A stretch of DNA of 42,386 bases from Actinomycetota bacterium. GTDB taxonomy: Bacteria > Actinomycetota > Acidimicrobiia > IMCC26256 > VFJJ01. Location: NCBI GenBank assembly GCA_009886115.1, contig VFJJ01000060.1:1-42386 (forward strand). The letters are read 5' to 3'. The notes beneath the pieces are model-generated. The model saw nothing but the letters and a program-made list of their open reading frames with translations, was not told the origin of the DNA and searched no databases. Each line of letters starts with the position of its first letter. Within the stretch, counting starts at the first letter, position 1. This document shows positions 9,292-18,023 of this stretch, one piece after another. Both the position numbers and the translations under genes were made by a program.

Positions 9292-9341
9292 AGACTACCT
9301 CTCCCCTGCTCCCTCGACGGGCGAAGGTCCGTCCGTAGACT
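9292..9341. promoter_or_regulatory. Back-to-back promoters: dop -10 TAGTCT (minus, 9292-9297) and phosphatase -10 TAGACT (plus, 9336-9341)
   Basis: The hexamers lie 9 nt and 7 nt upstream of their start codons, the leaderless pattern. Confidence 0.55.
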
Positions 9342-9348
9342 CCCCGCC

Positions 9349-9951
9349 GTGAACCTGTTGGTGATCCGTCATGGGGAGCCCGTTCGGATGGCCCGAGCCG
9401 ATGGCCGGCCCGCGGATCCGCATCTCACGCCCCGGGGTCAGGCCCAGGCCCGACGCCTCGTCGAATGGCTGGCCGACGAACACGTCGACGCGATCTGGTC
9501 GTCGCCGATGCTGCGAGCCCGTGAGACGGCAGAGCCCCTCGCCAGAGCCCGAGGGATCACCGTCGAGGTCGACGATCGCCTGGCCGAGTACGACCGCTCC
9601 TCGACCGAGTACATCCCTGTCGAAGACCTCAAGGCCGCCGGCGACGAACGGTTCCGGGCCCTGGCCCGAGGTGATCTCTCGTCGTACGGGGTTGACGGCG
9701 AGGCGTTCATCGCCGAGGTGGCAACGGCGTTCGAAGCCATCGTGACCGCGCACGCCGGCCAGACCGTCGCCGTCTTCTGCCACGGGGGCGTCGCCAACGC
9801 CTACTTCACGCATGTGTTGCAGACACCGAAGCGGTTCTGGCTCGACCTGCCCTACACCGCGATCTGCCGGCTCCTGGCGCATCGTGACGGTACCCGCACG
9901 ATCCGCGGCCTCGGCGAGATCGCCCATCTCCGCGGCACCGCCCTGCTCTGA
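9349..9951 (+). CDS. Histidine phosphatase (phosphoglycerate mutase family)
   Basis: VIRHGE, SSPMLRARETA, RLAEYD, VFCHGG; GTG 9349 lies 7 nt after TAGACT. Confidence 0.9.
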   Translation: MNLLVIRHGEPVRMARADGRPADPHLTPRGQAQARRLVEWLADEHVDAIWSSPMLRARETAEPLARARGITVEVDDRLAEYDRSSTEYIPVEDLKAAGDERFRALARGDLSSYGVDGEAFIAEVATAFEAIVTAHAGQTVAVFCHGGVANAYFTHVLQTPKRFWLDLPYTAICRLLAHRDGTRTIRGLGEIAHLRGTALL

Positions 9952-9954
9952 CGC

Positions 9955-10001
9955 TTCTTTGTGTCCAAGGCCACGCCGGGCGCAGCCTTGGACACAAAGA
10001 A
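9955..10001. terminator. Bidirectional terminator hairpin between the convergent phosphatase and arc genes
   Basis: Perfect 17-bp inverted repeat TTCTTTGTGTCCAAGGC / GCCTTGGACACAAAGAA with a 13-nt loop. Confidence 0.8.
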
Positions 10002-10008
10002 CGGGGGT

Positions 10009-11781
10009 CTACAGGTACTGGCCGGTGGTGACCCGCTCGATGGTGCGGCCGCCCTTGGGATCGAGGCCGGCGCCCTGACTCATGATCGTTCGCACGTAGA
10101 CGATGCGCTCGCCCTTCTTGCCGCTGATCTTGGCCCAGTCGTCGGGGTTGGTGGTGTTGGGAAGGTCTTCGTGCTCGCGGAATTCCTGGGCGATCGACTC
10201 GAGCATGTCGTCGAGGCAGATGCCCTTGGCGCCGCCGCTGATGACCCTCTTCACCGAGAGCTTCTTGGCGCGGCGCACGATGTTCTCGATCATCGCTCCC
10301 GACGAGAAGTCCTTGAAATACAGGATTTCCTTGTCGCCGTTGTGGTACGTGACCTCGAGGAACTTGGTGTCTTCTTCGGTCCGGTACATGTGGCGTGCGG
10401 CTTGGTCGATCATGTCGGCAACGGCCTTGGCGCGATCGCCGTCGTGCCGGGCGAGCTCCTCCTTGGCCAACGGGAGATCGGTCCGGAGGTATCGACCGAA
10501 GATCTGCTTCGCCGACTGTTCGGTGGGCCGCTCGATCTTGATCTTCACGTCGAGCCGCCCGGGACGCAGGATCGCCGGGTCGATGAGGTCCTCGCGGTTG
10601 GAAGCCCCGATGACGATGACGTTCTTCAACCCCTCGACACCGTCGATCTCCGAGAGCAGCTGAGGCACGATCGTCGATTCGATGTCGGACGAGATACCTG
10701 TGCCTCGGGTTCGAAACAGCGAGTCCATCTCGTCGAAGAACACGATCACGGGTACACCTTCGGATGCCTTCTCGCGCGCTCGCTCGAAGATCAACCGGAT
10801 CTGCCGCTCGGTCTCACCAACGTACTTGTTGAGGAGCTCGGGGCCCTTGATGTTCAGGAAGTACGAGCGGGTGTTCTCGTTGCCGGTCTTCTCCGACACG
10901 CGCTTGGCGAGCGAGTTCGCCACGGCCTTGGCGATGAGCGTCTTGCCGCACCCAGGTGGCCCGTAGAGCAAGACGCCCTTGGGTGCTTCGAGCTGGTGCT
11001 CGATGAAGAGGTCTCCGTGGAGATACGGCAGCTCGACGGCGTCCTTGATCTGCTCGATCTGCGAGTCGAGGCCGCCGACATCGTCGTAGGTGATGTCGGG
11101 GACCTCCTCGAGCACGAGCTCCTCGACCTCGGGCCGAGGGATGCGTTCGAGCAGGATCCCCGATCGGGAATCCATGAGCAGGCTCTCGCCGGCTCGGAGC
11201 CGTACCCCGATGAGCGCAACAGCGAGCTCGCAGACGCGTTCCTCGTCGGCGCGCCCCGTGACGACGGCACGACGTCCGTCCTCCATCACCTCCTTGAAGG
11301 TGACCATCTCACCCGTGGCGTCGAGGCCGCGGGCGAGCACCACGTTCAGCGAGTCGTTCAGCACGACCTCCTGGCCCCGATCGAGCTCGTCGATGTCGAC
11401 ATCGGGCGACACCGAGACCCGCATCTTGCGGCCGGCGGTGAAGATGTCGATGGTCCCGTCGTCGTTGGCGTCGAGGAACGTTCCGTATCCCGACGGGGGC
11501 ATCGTGAGCTTCTCGACCTCGTCGCGCAGCGCTGCGATGTGCTCACGCGCCTCACGCAATGTGGCCGACAGTCGTTCGTTCTGACCCAGCGCCGCTTGGA
11601 GCTGGCCCTTGGTCTCGAGGAGGCGCTCCTCCAGCGTCCGCACACGCCCGGGCGCGTCCTGGAGGCGGCGGCGCATCACGACGACTTCCTCCTCCAGCGC
11701 CTTGACCTGCTGCTGGAGATCGGCAACCTCTCGCTCGTACTCAGCGAGGCGGAGTTCGTATTCGCTAGCCGAGGGAACCAC
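10009..11781 (-). CDS. arc: Proteasome-associated AAA ATPase ARC/Mpa
   Basis: N-terminal coiled coil, OB domains, Walker A GPPGCGKT, Walker B VFFDEMD, RPGRLD and C-terminal GQYL. Start uncertain (GTG 11781 after AGGAGG, or the in-frame GTG at 11811). Confidence 0.96.
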   Translation of the reverse strand: MVPSASEYELRLAEYEREVADLQQQVKALEEEVVVMRRRLQDAPGRVRTLEERLLETKGQLQAALGQNERLSATLREAREHIAALRDEVEKLTMPPSGYGTFLDANDDGTIDIFTAGRKMRVSVSPDVDIDELDRGQEVVLNDSLNVVLARGLDATGEMVTFKEVMEDGRRAVVTGRADEERVCELAVALIGVRLRAGESLLMDSRSGILLERIPRPEVEELVLEEVPDITYDDVGGLDSQIEQIKDAVELPYLHGDLFIEHQLEAPKGVLLYGPPGCGKTLIAKAVANSLAKRVSEKTGNENTRSYFLNIKGPELLNKYVGETERQIRLIFERAREKASEGVPVIVFFDEMDSLFRTRGTGISSDIESTIVPQLLSEIDGVEGLKNVIVIGASNREDLIDPAILRPGRLDVKIKIERPTEQSAKQIFGRYLRTDLPLAKEELARHDGDRAKAVADMIDQAARHMYRTEEDTKFLEVTYHNGDKEILYFKDFSSGAMIENIVRRAKKLSVKRVISGGAKGICLDDMLESIAQEFREHEDLPNTTNPDDWAKISGKKGERIVYVRTIMSQGAGLDPKGGRTIERVTTGQYL

Positions 11782-11821
11782 CCCCTCCTGACGTGGGTGC
11801 AACAGATGCACCGTTGCGCCG

Positions 11822-11871
11822 ACAATACACCGGCGTTCCGGGCCCGACGCGCGGATCGTGCGCCGTACACT
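11822..11871. promoter_or_regulatory. Back-to-back promoters: arc -10 TATTGT (minus, 11822-11827) and ferredoxin -10 TACACT (plus, 11866-11871)
   Basis: TAnnnT hexamers on opposite strands in the divergent intergenic region. Confidence 0.5.
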
Positions 11872-11898
11872 CCCCGACTCGCGGCGTTGGAGACACCG

Positions 11899-12144
11899 AT
11901 GAAAGTCTGGATCGATCAGGATCTCTGCACCGGCGACGGCCTGTGCGAGGAGATCGCCGCCGACGTGTTCACGCTGCTCGACGACGGGCTGGCGTACGTT
12001 CGAGATCATGTCCGCGTCTACGACGGTTCGGCCCCCGACCGTCCAGCCGGCTCAGATGGTCTCGCGCTGGTTCCGGACACTCGGCTCGAGGCCGTCGTCG
12101 AGGCGGCCGAGGAATGCCCGGGCGAGTGCATCTTCCTCGAGTGA
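11899..12144 (+). CDS. Single-cluster ferredoxin (CxxDxxC...CP)
   Basis: [20 protein letters not shown]...[15 protein letters not shown] before ATG 11899. It is the 3' end of the shadow ORF 9961..12144. Confidence 0.92.
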   Translation: MKVWIDQDLCTGDGLCEEIAADVFTLLDDGLAYVRDHVRVYDGSAPDRPAGSDGLALVPDTRLEAVVEAAEECPGECIFLE

Positions 12145-12163
12145 CCCGGATTCCTCGAGTGAC
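12133..12163. repeat. Direct repeat TTCCTCGAGTGAC (12133-12145, 12151-12163) duplicating the ferredoxin stop region
   Basis: Two identical 13-mers with an 18-bp period; more degenerate units continue to about 12199. Confidence 0.75.
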
Positions 12164-12198
12164 GTGGGAACCCGGCTGACCTGGGATCCTCGGGTGGC

Positions 12199-13380
12199 TC
12201 AGCCGTCGGCCAGGCATTCACCGGTCGAGACGGCCCGTCGATCGGCCGGCACCGCGTCGATGATCGGGAGGAACTCCTCGGTCGCGAGCGCGTACGAGAC
12301 GTCACGGTGGTTGGGGTCGATCGCGAACGCCAACCCGATCACGGTTCCGTCAGGTGCGACCAGGGGAGCCCCCGAATCGCCTGGGAACAAGTTGGCCGCC
12401 AGGATCAGCACCTCACGTCGGGTGTTGGCGTCGCGGTAGATGTCGGTACCGGTCGCGGTGATCTGCGAATCGATGTTGGCCGGCCTGATGTTGAGGCCCC
12501 GTCCGGCGGGATGCCCGAAGACCGCGGAGCGGTCCTGGTCGTGCACGTCCTGGCCGGAGCGAGCGATCGGGAGTTCCTGGCGCTCGAGGCCCTCGAGCGC
12601 CAGGATGGCCACGTCGATCGCAGGATCGAACGCCACGACCCGGACTTCGTGGTGCTCGCCGTCGAGCGTCTCGATCTCCGTGAAGCTCTCGCCCGCCACG
12701 ACGTGGGCGTTCGTGATCACGAGGTCGGGTCTCACGAAGAACCCGCTGCCCTCCTGAATGCGGTTGCACGCCCTGCCCGACACCTTCACCGTGCTGGCCT
12801 GGGTGATCGAAACCACGTCGTCGCTCAGCAGGTGGGTTTCGGGAACGTCGCCGGGCTCGCCTCCCAGGTTCTGGCTGAAGAGCGAGGCTTCGTCGCCGAC
12901 GAAACGCTCGAGGCTGTTCGCGACCTCGGGCGGATCGGGGGTCAAGCGGTGGACCGTTCGGACGATCGCCGATCGGTCGGCCTCACGTGATGGCCAGCCC
13001 TCCACCTCGGCCAAGGACGGAGCGACGAGCCAGACGACACAGAGGATCCCGAGGCCACCGACCGCCCCGCCGGCGACCCGGTCGCCTCGGCGTACGTCCT
13101 CGGTGGCTCGGATGTGGAAGTGCACCAACGTGCCCAGGGCCAGGCCCAGGCCCTGGCCGATCATGGCGACGGCGAGGAACAGGCCGAGGACCGCGATGAG
13201 ACGGGTCTGCTCGCTCGATCGATCGAGCGCCCGCCCGAGGGTCGCAGCGAACTTCAGGGCCACGATCGCACCCACCGCCAGTCCCAGCCATGAGAACAGG
13301 CGGGCGAGGAATCCCAGTCGGTAGCCGCCCACGACGGCCGCGGTCAGCGCCGTGAGCAGGAACAGATCGAGCAGATTCAC
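12199..13380 (-). CDS. MarP-family membrane serine protease (CvpA-like TM domain plus trypsin-like domain)
   Basis: VNLLD..GYRLG N-terminal TM region, EGSGF, TNAHVVAG (His), DVAIL (Asp), PGDSGAPL (Ser); GTGA overlap with the trmI stop. Confidence 0.88.
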   Translation of the reverse strand: MNLLDLFLLTALTAAVVGGYRLGFLARLFSWLGLAVGAIVALKFAATLGRALDRSSEQTRLIAVLGLFLAVAMIGQGLGLALGTLVHFHIRATEDVRRGDRVAGGAVGGLGILCVVWLVAPSLAEVEGWPSREADRSAIVRTVHRLTPDPPEVANSLERFVGDEASLFSQNLGGEPGDVPETHLLSDDVVSITQASTVKVSGRACNRIQEGSGFFVRPDLVITNAHVVAGESFTEIETLDGEHHEVRVVAFDPAIDVAILALEGLERQELPIARSGQDVHDQDRSAVFGHPAGRGLNIRPANIDSQITATGTDIYRDANTRREVLILAANLFPGDSGAPLVAPDGTVIGLAFAIDPNHRDVSYALATEEFLPIIDAVPADRRAVSTGECLADG

Positions 13381-14288
13381 CCGTGATCGTCCGAGACGTC
13401 GCCGGGCTCGACGTCGTCGACGGGCTCGCTGTCGTCGACGGGCTCGGAGCCCCGCCGATGCCGGAACTCGACACCTGGGGTTCGCCGCCCGGGCTCGTCG
13501 TCGAGCAGCAGACGAGCCACCGTGAGGAAGCCCGTGTGGGCGACCATCCGGTGGTCGGGCCGCACCGACGTCGCCTCGACGTGCCAGCCCCGTTGCAGGA
13601 TCTCGATGGTGTCGGCCATGCCGAAGCGCGATCGGCTCAAAGCGTCTCGAAGTTGAGCCACCTGGCCGACGGTGGGCACGTAGGCCACCAGGATCCCCCC
13701 CGGCCGCAACGCCTTCTCGGCGTGTTCGATCACCTGCCACGGCTCGGGCAGATCGAGCATGATCCGGTCGAGATCGCGCTCGTCGATGCCGGCGTAGCAA
13801 TCGCGCACCTGCACGTCGTAGGGCTGACCCGCCCCGAGGAAGCCCTCGACGTTGCGGACGGCGCGGTTGGCGAAGTCGTCACGAAGCTCGTACCCCACGA
13901 CCGAGCCCTCGCGTCCGACCGCTCGGAGCAACGCGCACGACAGCGCGCCGGAGCCGACCCCCGATTCCAGCACCCGCAACCCCGGGCCCATGTCGGCGAG
14001 CATGAGCATCGGACCGATGTCCTTGGGGTAGATCACCTGTGCGCCACGGGGCATCTTGAGGATGTAGTCGGAGAGCGTCGGACGCACGGCGAGCATCTTC
14101 GCCCCGCGGGTGGTGGCCGCGACGGTGCCCTCGTCGGCACCGATGAGGTCGTCGTGGGCGAGGACGCCGGCGTGGCAGTGGAACGATCCGCCCGCTTCCA
14201 GGGGAATGAGATACCGCCGCTGCTTGGCGTCGATGAGCAAGGCGCGCTCGCCCGCTGCGAACGGTCGGACCGGTCCCGGCGCGCTCAT
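13377..14288 (-). CDS. trmI: tRNA (adenine58-N1)-methyltransferase
   Basis: MPRGAQVIYPKD, VLESGVGSGALS, LDLPEPW, RPDHRMVAHTGFL; position upstream of arc is typical of Actinobacteria. Confidence 0.94.
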   Translation of the reverse strand: MSAPGPVRPFAAGERALLIDAKQRRYLIPLEAGGSFHCHAGVLAHDDLIGADEGTVAATTRGAKMLAVRPTLSDYILKMPRGAQVIYPKDIGPMLMLADMGPGLRVLESGVGSGALSCALLRAVGREGSVVGYELRDDFANRAVRNVEGFLGAGQPYDVQVRDCYAGIDERDLDRIMLDLPEPWQVIEHAEKALRPGGILVAYVPTVGQVAQLRDALSRSRFGMADTIEILQRGWHVEATSVRPDHRMVAHTGFLTVARLLLDDEPGRRTPGVEFRHRRGSEPVDDSEPVDDVEPGDVSDDHG

Positions 14289-15364
14289 CGGTTCACCTCG
14301 ATCGGATCCGGGGCGGGGTTCGCGGCGCCACGATCGGTCGGACCGGTGTGGGTGTCGGGTTCCGCGGCACGGTCACGCCGCTGGGGGCTGGCGATCGCCA
14401 CGGGCGTGTCGACCGGCGCTCCGGCCGCTCGCGAGGCGTCGGCTGCACGGGCCGACCCGGCTTGGGACCGGAGCCGGCAGAACGCGCAGATCTCGCCCGG
14501 TGTCGGCGATCCGCACGACGCGCAGGGCCGCAGCCCCTCCCGAGACTCGGCGGCCGTGCCGGCGAAGCGCTCGTGGGCCCGGTCGAAGAAGCCGCTCACG
14601 AAGCTGGCCTTGGTCCCCGGAGAGCGCCTCTCGAGATCGTTGAGCACCTCCTTGTAGGCCAGGTGCTTGTTCCCTGCGGCGATGGGGCACTCGTCGACGA
14701 TGTAGTCGATGCCTCGGATCACGCAATAGGCGGCCATCTCCCGCTCGCCCACCCGCACCAACGGCTTCACCTTGCGAACGAAGCCCTCGCCCGCGGGCAG
14801 CACGGGGAACTGCCGCCCCAGGTACTCGCCATCCCAGCGCAGCACGTTGCCGAGCAGGACGGCGGCCTCGTCATCGAGGTTGTGACCGGTCGCCACCACG
14901 TCGTAGCCTCCATCGAGCGCAGCCTGGTTGAAGAGATGACGCTTGGACAGGCCGCAGGCACTGCACGGCGCCCGCCGGGCCGCCTTGGCGCCCTCGGGCA
15001 CGGCGAATCCGTGGTCGGTGGGGAGATCGATCTCGACGAGGCGCAACCCCCGCTCGTCGGCGAAGCGGCGCGCGAGCCGCCCCGACTCGTCGGAGTAGTC
15101 GCCGATGCCGAGCCCGAGGTAGAGCCCGTCGACCTCGATCGACAGGTCGCCGGCCAGGTCGAGGAGCAGGTCCCACAGCGCCAGCGAGTCCTTGCCGCCC
15201 GAGACGGCGACCAGGACCCGGTCACCCTTGGCGATCATGCGGAGATCGTGGATCGTGCGCCGTACCTGCTCGCGGCAGTGACGCACGAAGCACGGGCCGC
15301 AGAACGCGGCGTTGTGGCGGCGGACGTCGATGACGGCCGGCTGGCGGCAGCCGCCGCACTTCAT
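14285..15364 (-). CDS. ttuA: TtuA-like tRNA 2-thiouridine synthase (PP-loop ATPase, TtcA/TtuA family)
   Basis: N-terminal Zn finger (CGGC...CGPC), PP-loop SGGKDS, CSAC plus the CP cysteine (Fe-S ligands), ATGHNLDD, C-terminal CASC..CAFC finger; adjacent sulfur-carrier gene. Confidence 0.85.
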   Translation of the reverse strand: MKCGGCRQPAVIDVRRHNAAFCGPCFVRHCREQVRRTIHDLRMIAKGDRVLVAVSGGKDSLALWDLLLDLAGDLSIEVDGLYLGLGIGDYSDESGRLARRFADERGLRLVEIDLPTDHGFAVPEGAKAARRAPCSACGLSKRHLFNQAALDGGYDVVATGHNLDDEAAVLLGNVLRWDGEYLGRQFPVLPAGEGFVRKVKPLVRVGEREMAAYCVIRGIDYIVDECPIAAGNKHLAYKEVLNDLERRSPGTKASFVSGFFDRAHERFAGTAAESREGLRPCASCGSPTPGEICAFCRLRSQAGSARAADASRAAGAPVDTPVAIASPQRRDRAAEPDTHTGPTDRGAANPAPDPIEVNR

Positions 15365-15564
15365 GCGAGCGCCCCGCCGGAGATCACGGGCCGGATCTCG
15401 ACGACATCGAGGTCGTCGAGCACCTCGTCGTGGGTCGCCAGGGTGTCACCCCGGATGACCAGAACCGACTCCGGGTTGAGCTCCAAACGGCGCAGCAACG
15501 CCTGGACCTTCAGCGGCCCGGGGACATCGACCTCGCGGCGAGGGTTGCGCAGGACGACCTTCAT
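15361..15564 (-). CDS. ttuB: ThiS/MoaD/TtuB-like ubiquitin-fold sulfur carrier, ending ISGG-ALA
   Basis: 67 aa with beta-grasp pattern (LLRRLELNPESVLVIRG...DVVEIRPVISGG); ATGA overlap with ttuA. Confidence 0.8.
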   Translation of the reverse strand: MKVVLRNPRREVDVPGPLKVQALLRRLELNPESVLVIRGDTLATHDEVLDDLDVVEIRPVISGGALA

Positions 15565-15676
15565 CGATGGTGACCACTCCCGTTGGGGACTTCAGGGTAC
15601 CGTGCCGACGCCCCGATCCCGGGGCGCTCGGGCCAGCTCCGTCGACCATCGGACCGACGATGACTCCGACGACCGC

Positions 15677-15892
15677 TCAGCGAGACGGTGGGATCGCGGT
15701 GATCGTCACCGACTGCCCGGGAAGGAGCTCCTCGATGGCGAGGACCTGGGTCTGGCGATGGCGCGACGAGAGCCGCCGGATGATCGCCACGCCCGACATC
15801 GCGATGCCGAGGACGGCCCACGAGGTGGATCCCTGCCGGAAGCCCTTGCGCAGGCCCGTACGAGCCAGTCGTTCGATGAGCGCGCCGATCAT
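15677..15892 (-). CDS. Small hypothetical membrane protein
   Basis: 71 aa, basic N-terminus, one hydrophobic helix (WAVLGIAMSGVAII); 10 bp downstream of the preceding small gene. Confidence 0.6.
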   Translation of the reverse strand: MIGALIERLARTGLRKGFRQGSTSWAVLGIAMSGVAIIRRLSSRHRQTQVLAIEELLPGQSVTITAIPPSR

Positions 15893-15902
15893 CGGAGCAC
15901 GC

Positions 15903-16121
15903 TCACACCCGTCGGATCTCGACGATGGTGGTCTTCTTCTTGCCCCCGGATCGTCCGAGGAAGTACAGCAACAGGGCTACGAGCACGGCCGCGGCCACGC
16001 CACCAACCTTGGCCTTGTCGAGCACCTGACGTTTCACCGTGTCGACCTCACCGCGGATCTCGACCAGCTTGGCCTCGATGTCGGCTCGGGTGATCTTGGG
16101 CGTGTCGCTCGAGGCGCTCAT
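15903..16121 (-). CDS. Small membrane-anchored coiled-coil protein (DUF3618-like)
   Basis: MSASSDTPKITRADIEAKLVEIRGEVD..., TM helix, basic tail; ATGA overlap with the upstream gene. Confidence 0.7.
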   Translation of the reverse strand: MSASSDTPKITRADIEAKLVEIRGEVDTVKRQVLDKAKVGGVAAAVLVALLLYFLGRSGGKKKTTIVEIRRV

Positions 16122-16456
16122 CGCACGGCCTCCCCGTCGCTGGTGCGGCTCGGTTCGTGACGGTCGGTGCGCAAGCGCCACACCAGCACGGCGCCCACGA
16201 GGAGCACCACGACCATGATCACGTACGGCGACCACGACCAGTTGCCGTCGAGGCGACCGTCGGTCTCGGTCTGGATGGCGCGCAGGCCGGCCAAGGTGAT
16301 GAACACGACCCCGATCCCGAGGAGGAACGAGCCGGCGACGCCGAAGGCCACGAAACGCATCAGCGCCTTGAGCGGATCGACCGCCTCCTGCTTGAAGTAG
16401 GCGATGAGGAGGGTCTTGAGCTCGGCAGCTTGCTCGGACAGGCGCTTCTTGGCCAC
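16118..16456 (-). CDS. Two-TM membrane protein (actinobacterial holin-like superfamily)
   Basis: Amphipathic N-terminus (ELKTLLIAYFKQEAVDPLK) followed by two hydrophobic helices. Confidence 0.7.
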   Translation of the reverse strand: MAKKRLSEQAAELKTLLIAYFKQEAVDPLKALMRFVAFGVAGSFLLGIGVVFITLAGLRAIQTETDGRLDGNWSWSPYVIMVVVLLVGAVLVWRLRTDRHEPSRTSDGEAVR

Positions 16457-16543
16457 GGGTTCCTCAAGAGAAGGTCGACGGAACGGTCGGATTGTCGTCG
16501 GTCGGAGCGGGTCGCGGCAAAGCGCGGGACTTCGAGACCCCGC

Positions 16544-18022
16544 TCAGGTGCCCGGCGGGGCGATCGTCGAAGGGTCGAGGGCCCGGACGAGCCACTCGTT
16601 CACCTTCGTTGCGACCTCGACCCGGTAGTTGCGGAGCTCGTCGTCGGAGGCGGCTTGGTTGACGATGAAGGCGAACGTGACCCTGCGACCGCCGCTCGTG
16701 TCGACGGCGGTCGCGGGAGCGGCGGCGGCGGTCGGGGCCGCGAGGTCGGGGTCGTCGACGAAGCCGGCCAGGCCCGCGACGTCGTCGAGGAACCCCGTCT
16801 TGGCCCGGAGGCGACCTTCCAGCGCCGTCCCGGTGAGTCGCTCCCGAAGGGTGCCGCTGACGCCGGCGACCGCGAGTCCTTCGTAGAGCACGGCGTAGCG
16901 GGGATCGTCATCGACGAGCGCCAGGGTCGACAGCAGCGCCCGGCACGTCGCCTGGTTGGCGCGGTCGAGGCCCGAGCCGTCGATGATCGTGACCCCCCCG
17001 AGCGGCACGCCCAGCGTCTGCAGCGTCGACGCGACCGCAGAGGCTCCACCGGCCGTGGTGCCCGGGCCACCAGCCGTCAGCGCCAGCTCTTTCACGAGCA
17101 TCTCGGCGATCGCGTTGTCGGACTCCCGCAGCATCGTGGCGACGATCTCGCTCAGGGGTGGCGAGCTGATCTGGGCGAGCTGCACGGCGCCGGGCGGCAC
17201 GACAGCGCGGTCGAAGGTGGGTGCGACGGCGACTCCGGCCCCCGAGAGCATCCGGGCCAGCTCGCCGGCCGCCGCGGCGGCCGGATCGGCGGCCTGCACC
17301 CGTGATCCGTCGGGCGCGCTCCATCCGCCGTTGGTGACGAGGGCCCCGATCGAGCCGACGACGCCCGAGGTCGCGTAGGTCGGCTTCCACGAGGCCACGG
17401 TCGTCAGATCGTCGTAGCGCGATCCGTCACCGTGCACCGATCCGCTCACCGACCGGACGCCGAGCGCCGCGACCTGACCCGCGAGCTGGTCGAGCGGCGT
17501 CAGGGCGTGACCCGTCGACAGGGGTTGCTCATCGAGGTACGCAGCCCACTCGGGGACCATCAGGACGGGATCGCCCCCGCCGACCAGGTACAGCTCGGCG
17601 ACGCTGCCGTCGGCGCCGATCGGCCCGCTCGAATACACGGTGGTGACGAAACGGTGATCGGGTCCGAGGTTCGTCATCGCCGCGGCCGCTGTGAACAGCT
17701 TCTGGGTGGAGGCCGGGATGAAGGGATCGTCGGGCCGGGTCTCGCCGAGCACCCGGTCGTCCTCGGCGATCATGAGGCAGTGCTCGGTGGAGGCCAACGT
17801 GGAGGCCACGACGTCGCCGACCTGGTCGACGGCGACCTCCACCGTGATGGCTTCGGGCAGGCGACGCAGCGACCACAGGGGAACCTCCGCCGACGGGAGC
17901 GGCTGCACCGGGATCGGCTCGGACAGCGCCGGATCGTGCGTGGCGTCCCAGCTCAGGAACGACGCCGTGCCCAGCAGCACGGCGATCAGTCCCCCGGCGA
18001 TCAGCGTGCTGGGATGGGCCAC
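16544..18022 (-). CDS. dacB: D-Ala-D-Ala carboxypeptidase/endopeptidase (PBP4, peptidase S13)
   Basis: N-terminal TM, PASTQK (SxxK), LVGGGDP, ESDN (SxN), DGSGL, AKTG; GTG 18022 lies 1 nt after the upstream stop. Confidence 0.9.
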   Translation of the reverse strand: MAHPSTLIAGGLIAVLLGTASFLSWDATHDPALSEPIPVQPLPSAEVPLWSLRRLPEAITVEVAVDQVGDVVASTLASTEHCLMIAEDDRVLGETRPDDPFIPASTQKLFTAAAAMTNLGPDHRFVTTVYSSGPIGADGSVAELYLVGGGDPVLMVPEWAAYLDEQPLSTGHALTPLDQLAGQVAALGVRSVSGSVHGDGSRYDDLTTVASWKPTYATSGVVGSIGALVTNGGWSAPDGSRVQAADPAAAAAGELARMLSGAGVAVAPTFDRAVVPPGAVQLAQISSPPLSEIVATMLRESDNAIAEMLVKELALTAGGPGTTAGGASAVASTLQTLGVPLGGVTIIDGSGLDRANQATCRALLSTLALVDDDPRYAVLYEGLAVAGVSGTLRERLTGTALEGRLRAKTGFLDDVAGLAGFVDDPDLAAPTAAAAPATAVDTSGGRRVTFAFIVNQAASDDELRNYRVEVATKVNEWLVRALDPSTIAPPGT

Positions 18023-18023
18023 C

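Noticed and set aside
11803..11825. PafBC-type promoter motif (TGTCGG-N10-TAnnnT) upstream of arc
   Set aside because: TTGTCGG is present on the minus strand, but the hexamer 10 nt later is CATCTG, not TAnnnT. A similar near-match before pup has a mismatch and a 9-nt spacer.
16118..16456. Prophage lysis gene (holin-like protein)
   Set aside because: No endolysin, integrase or structural phage genes; the context is housekeeping.
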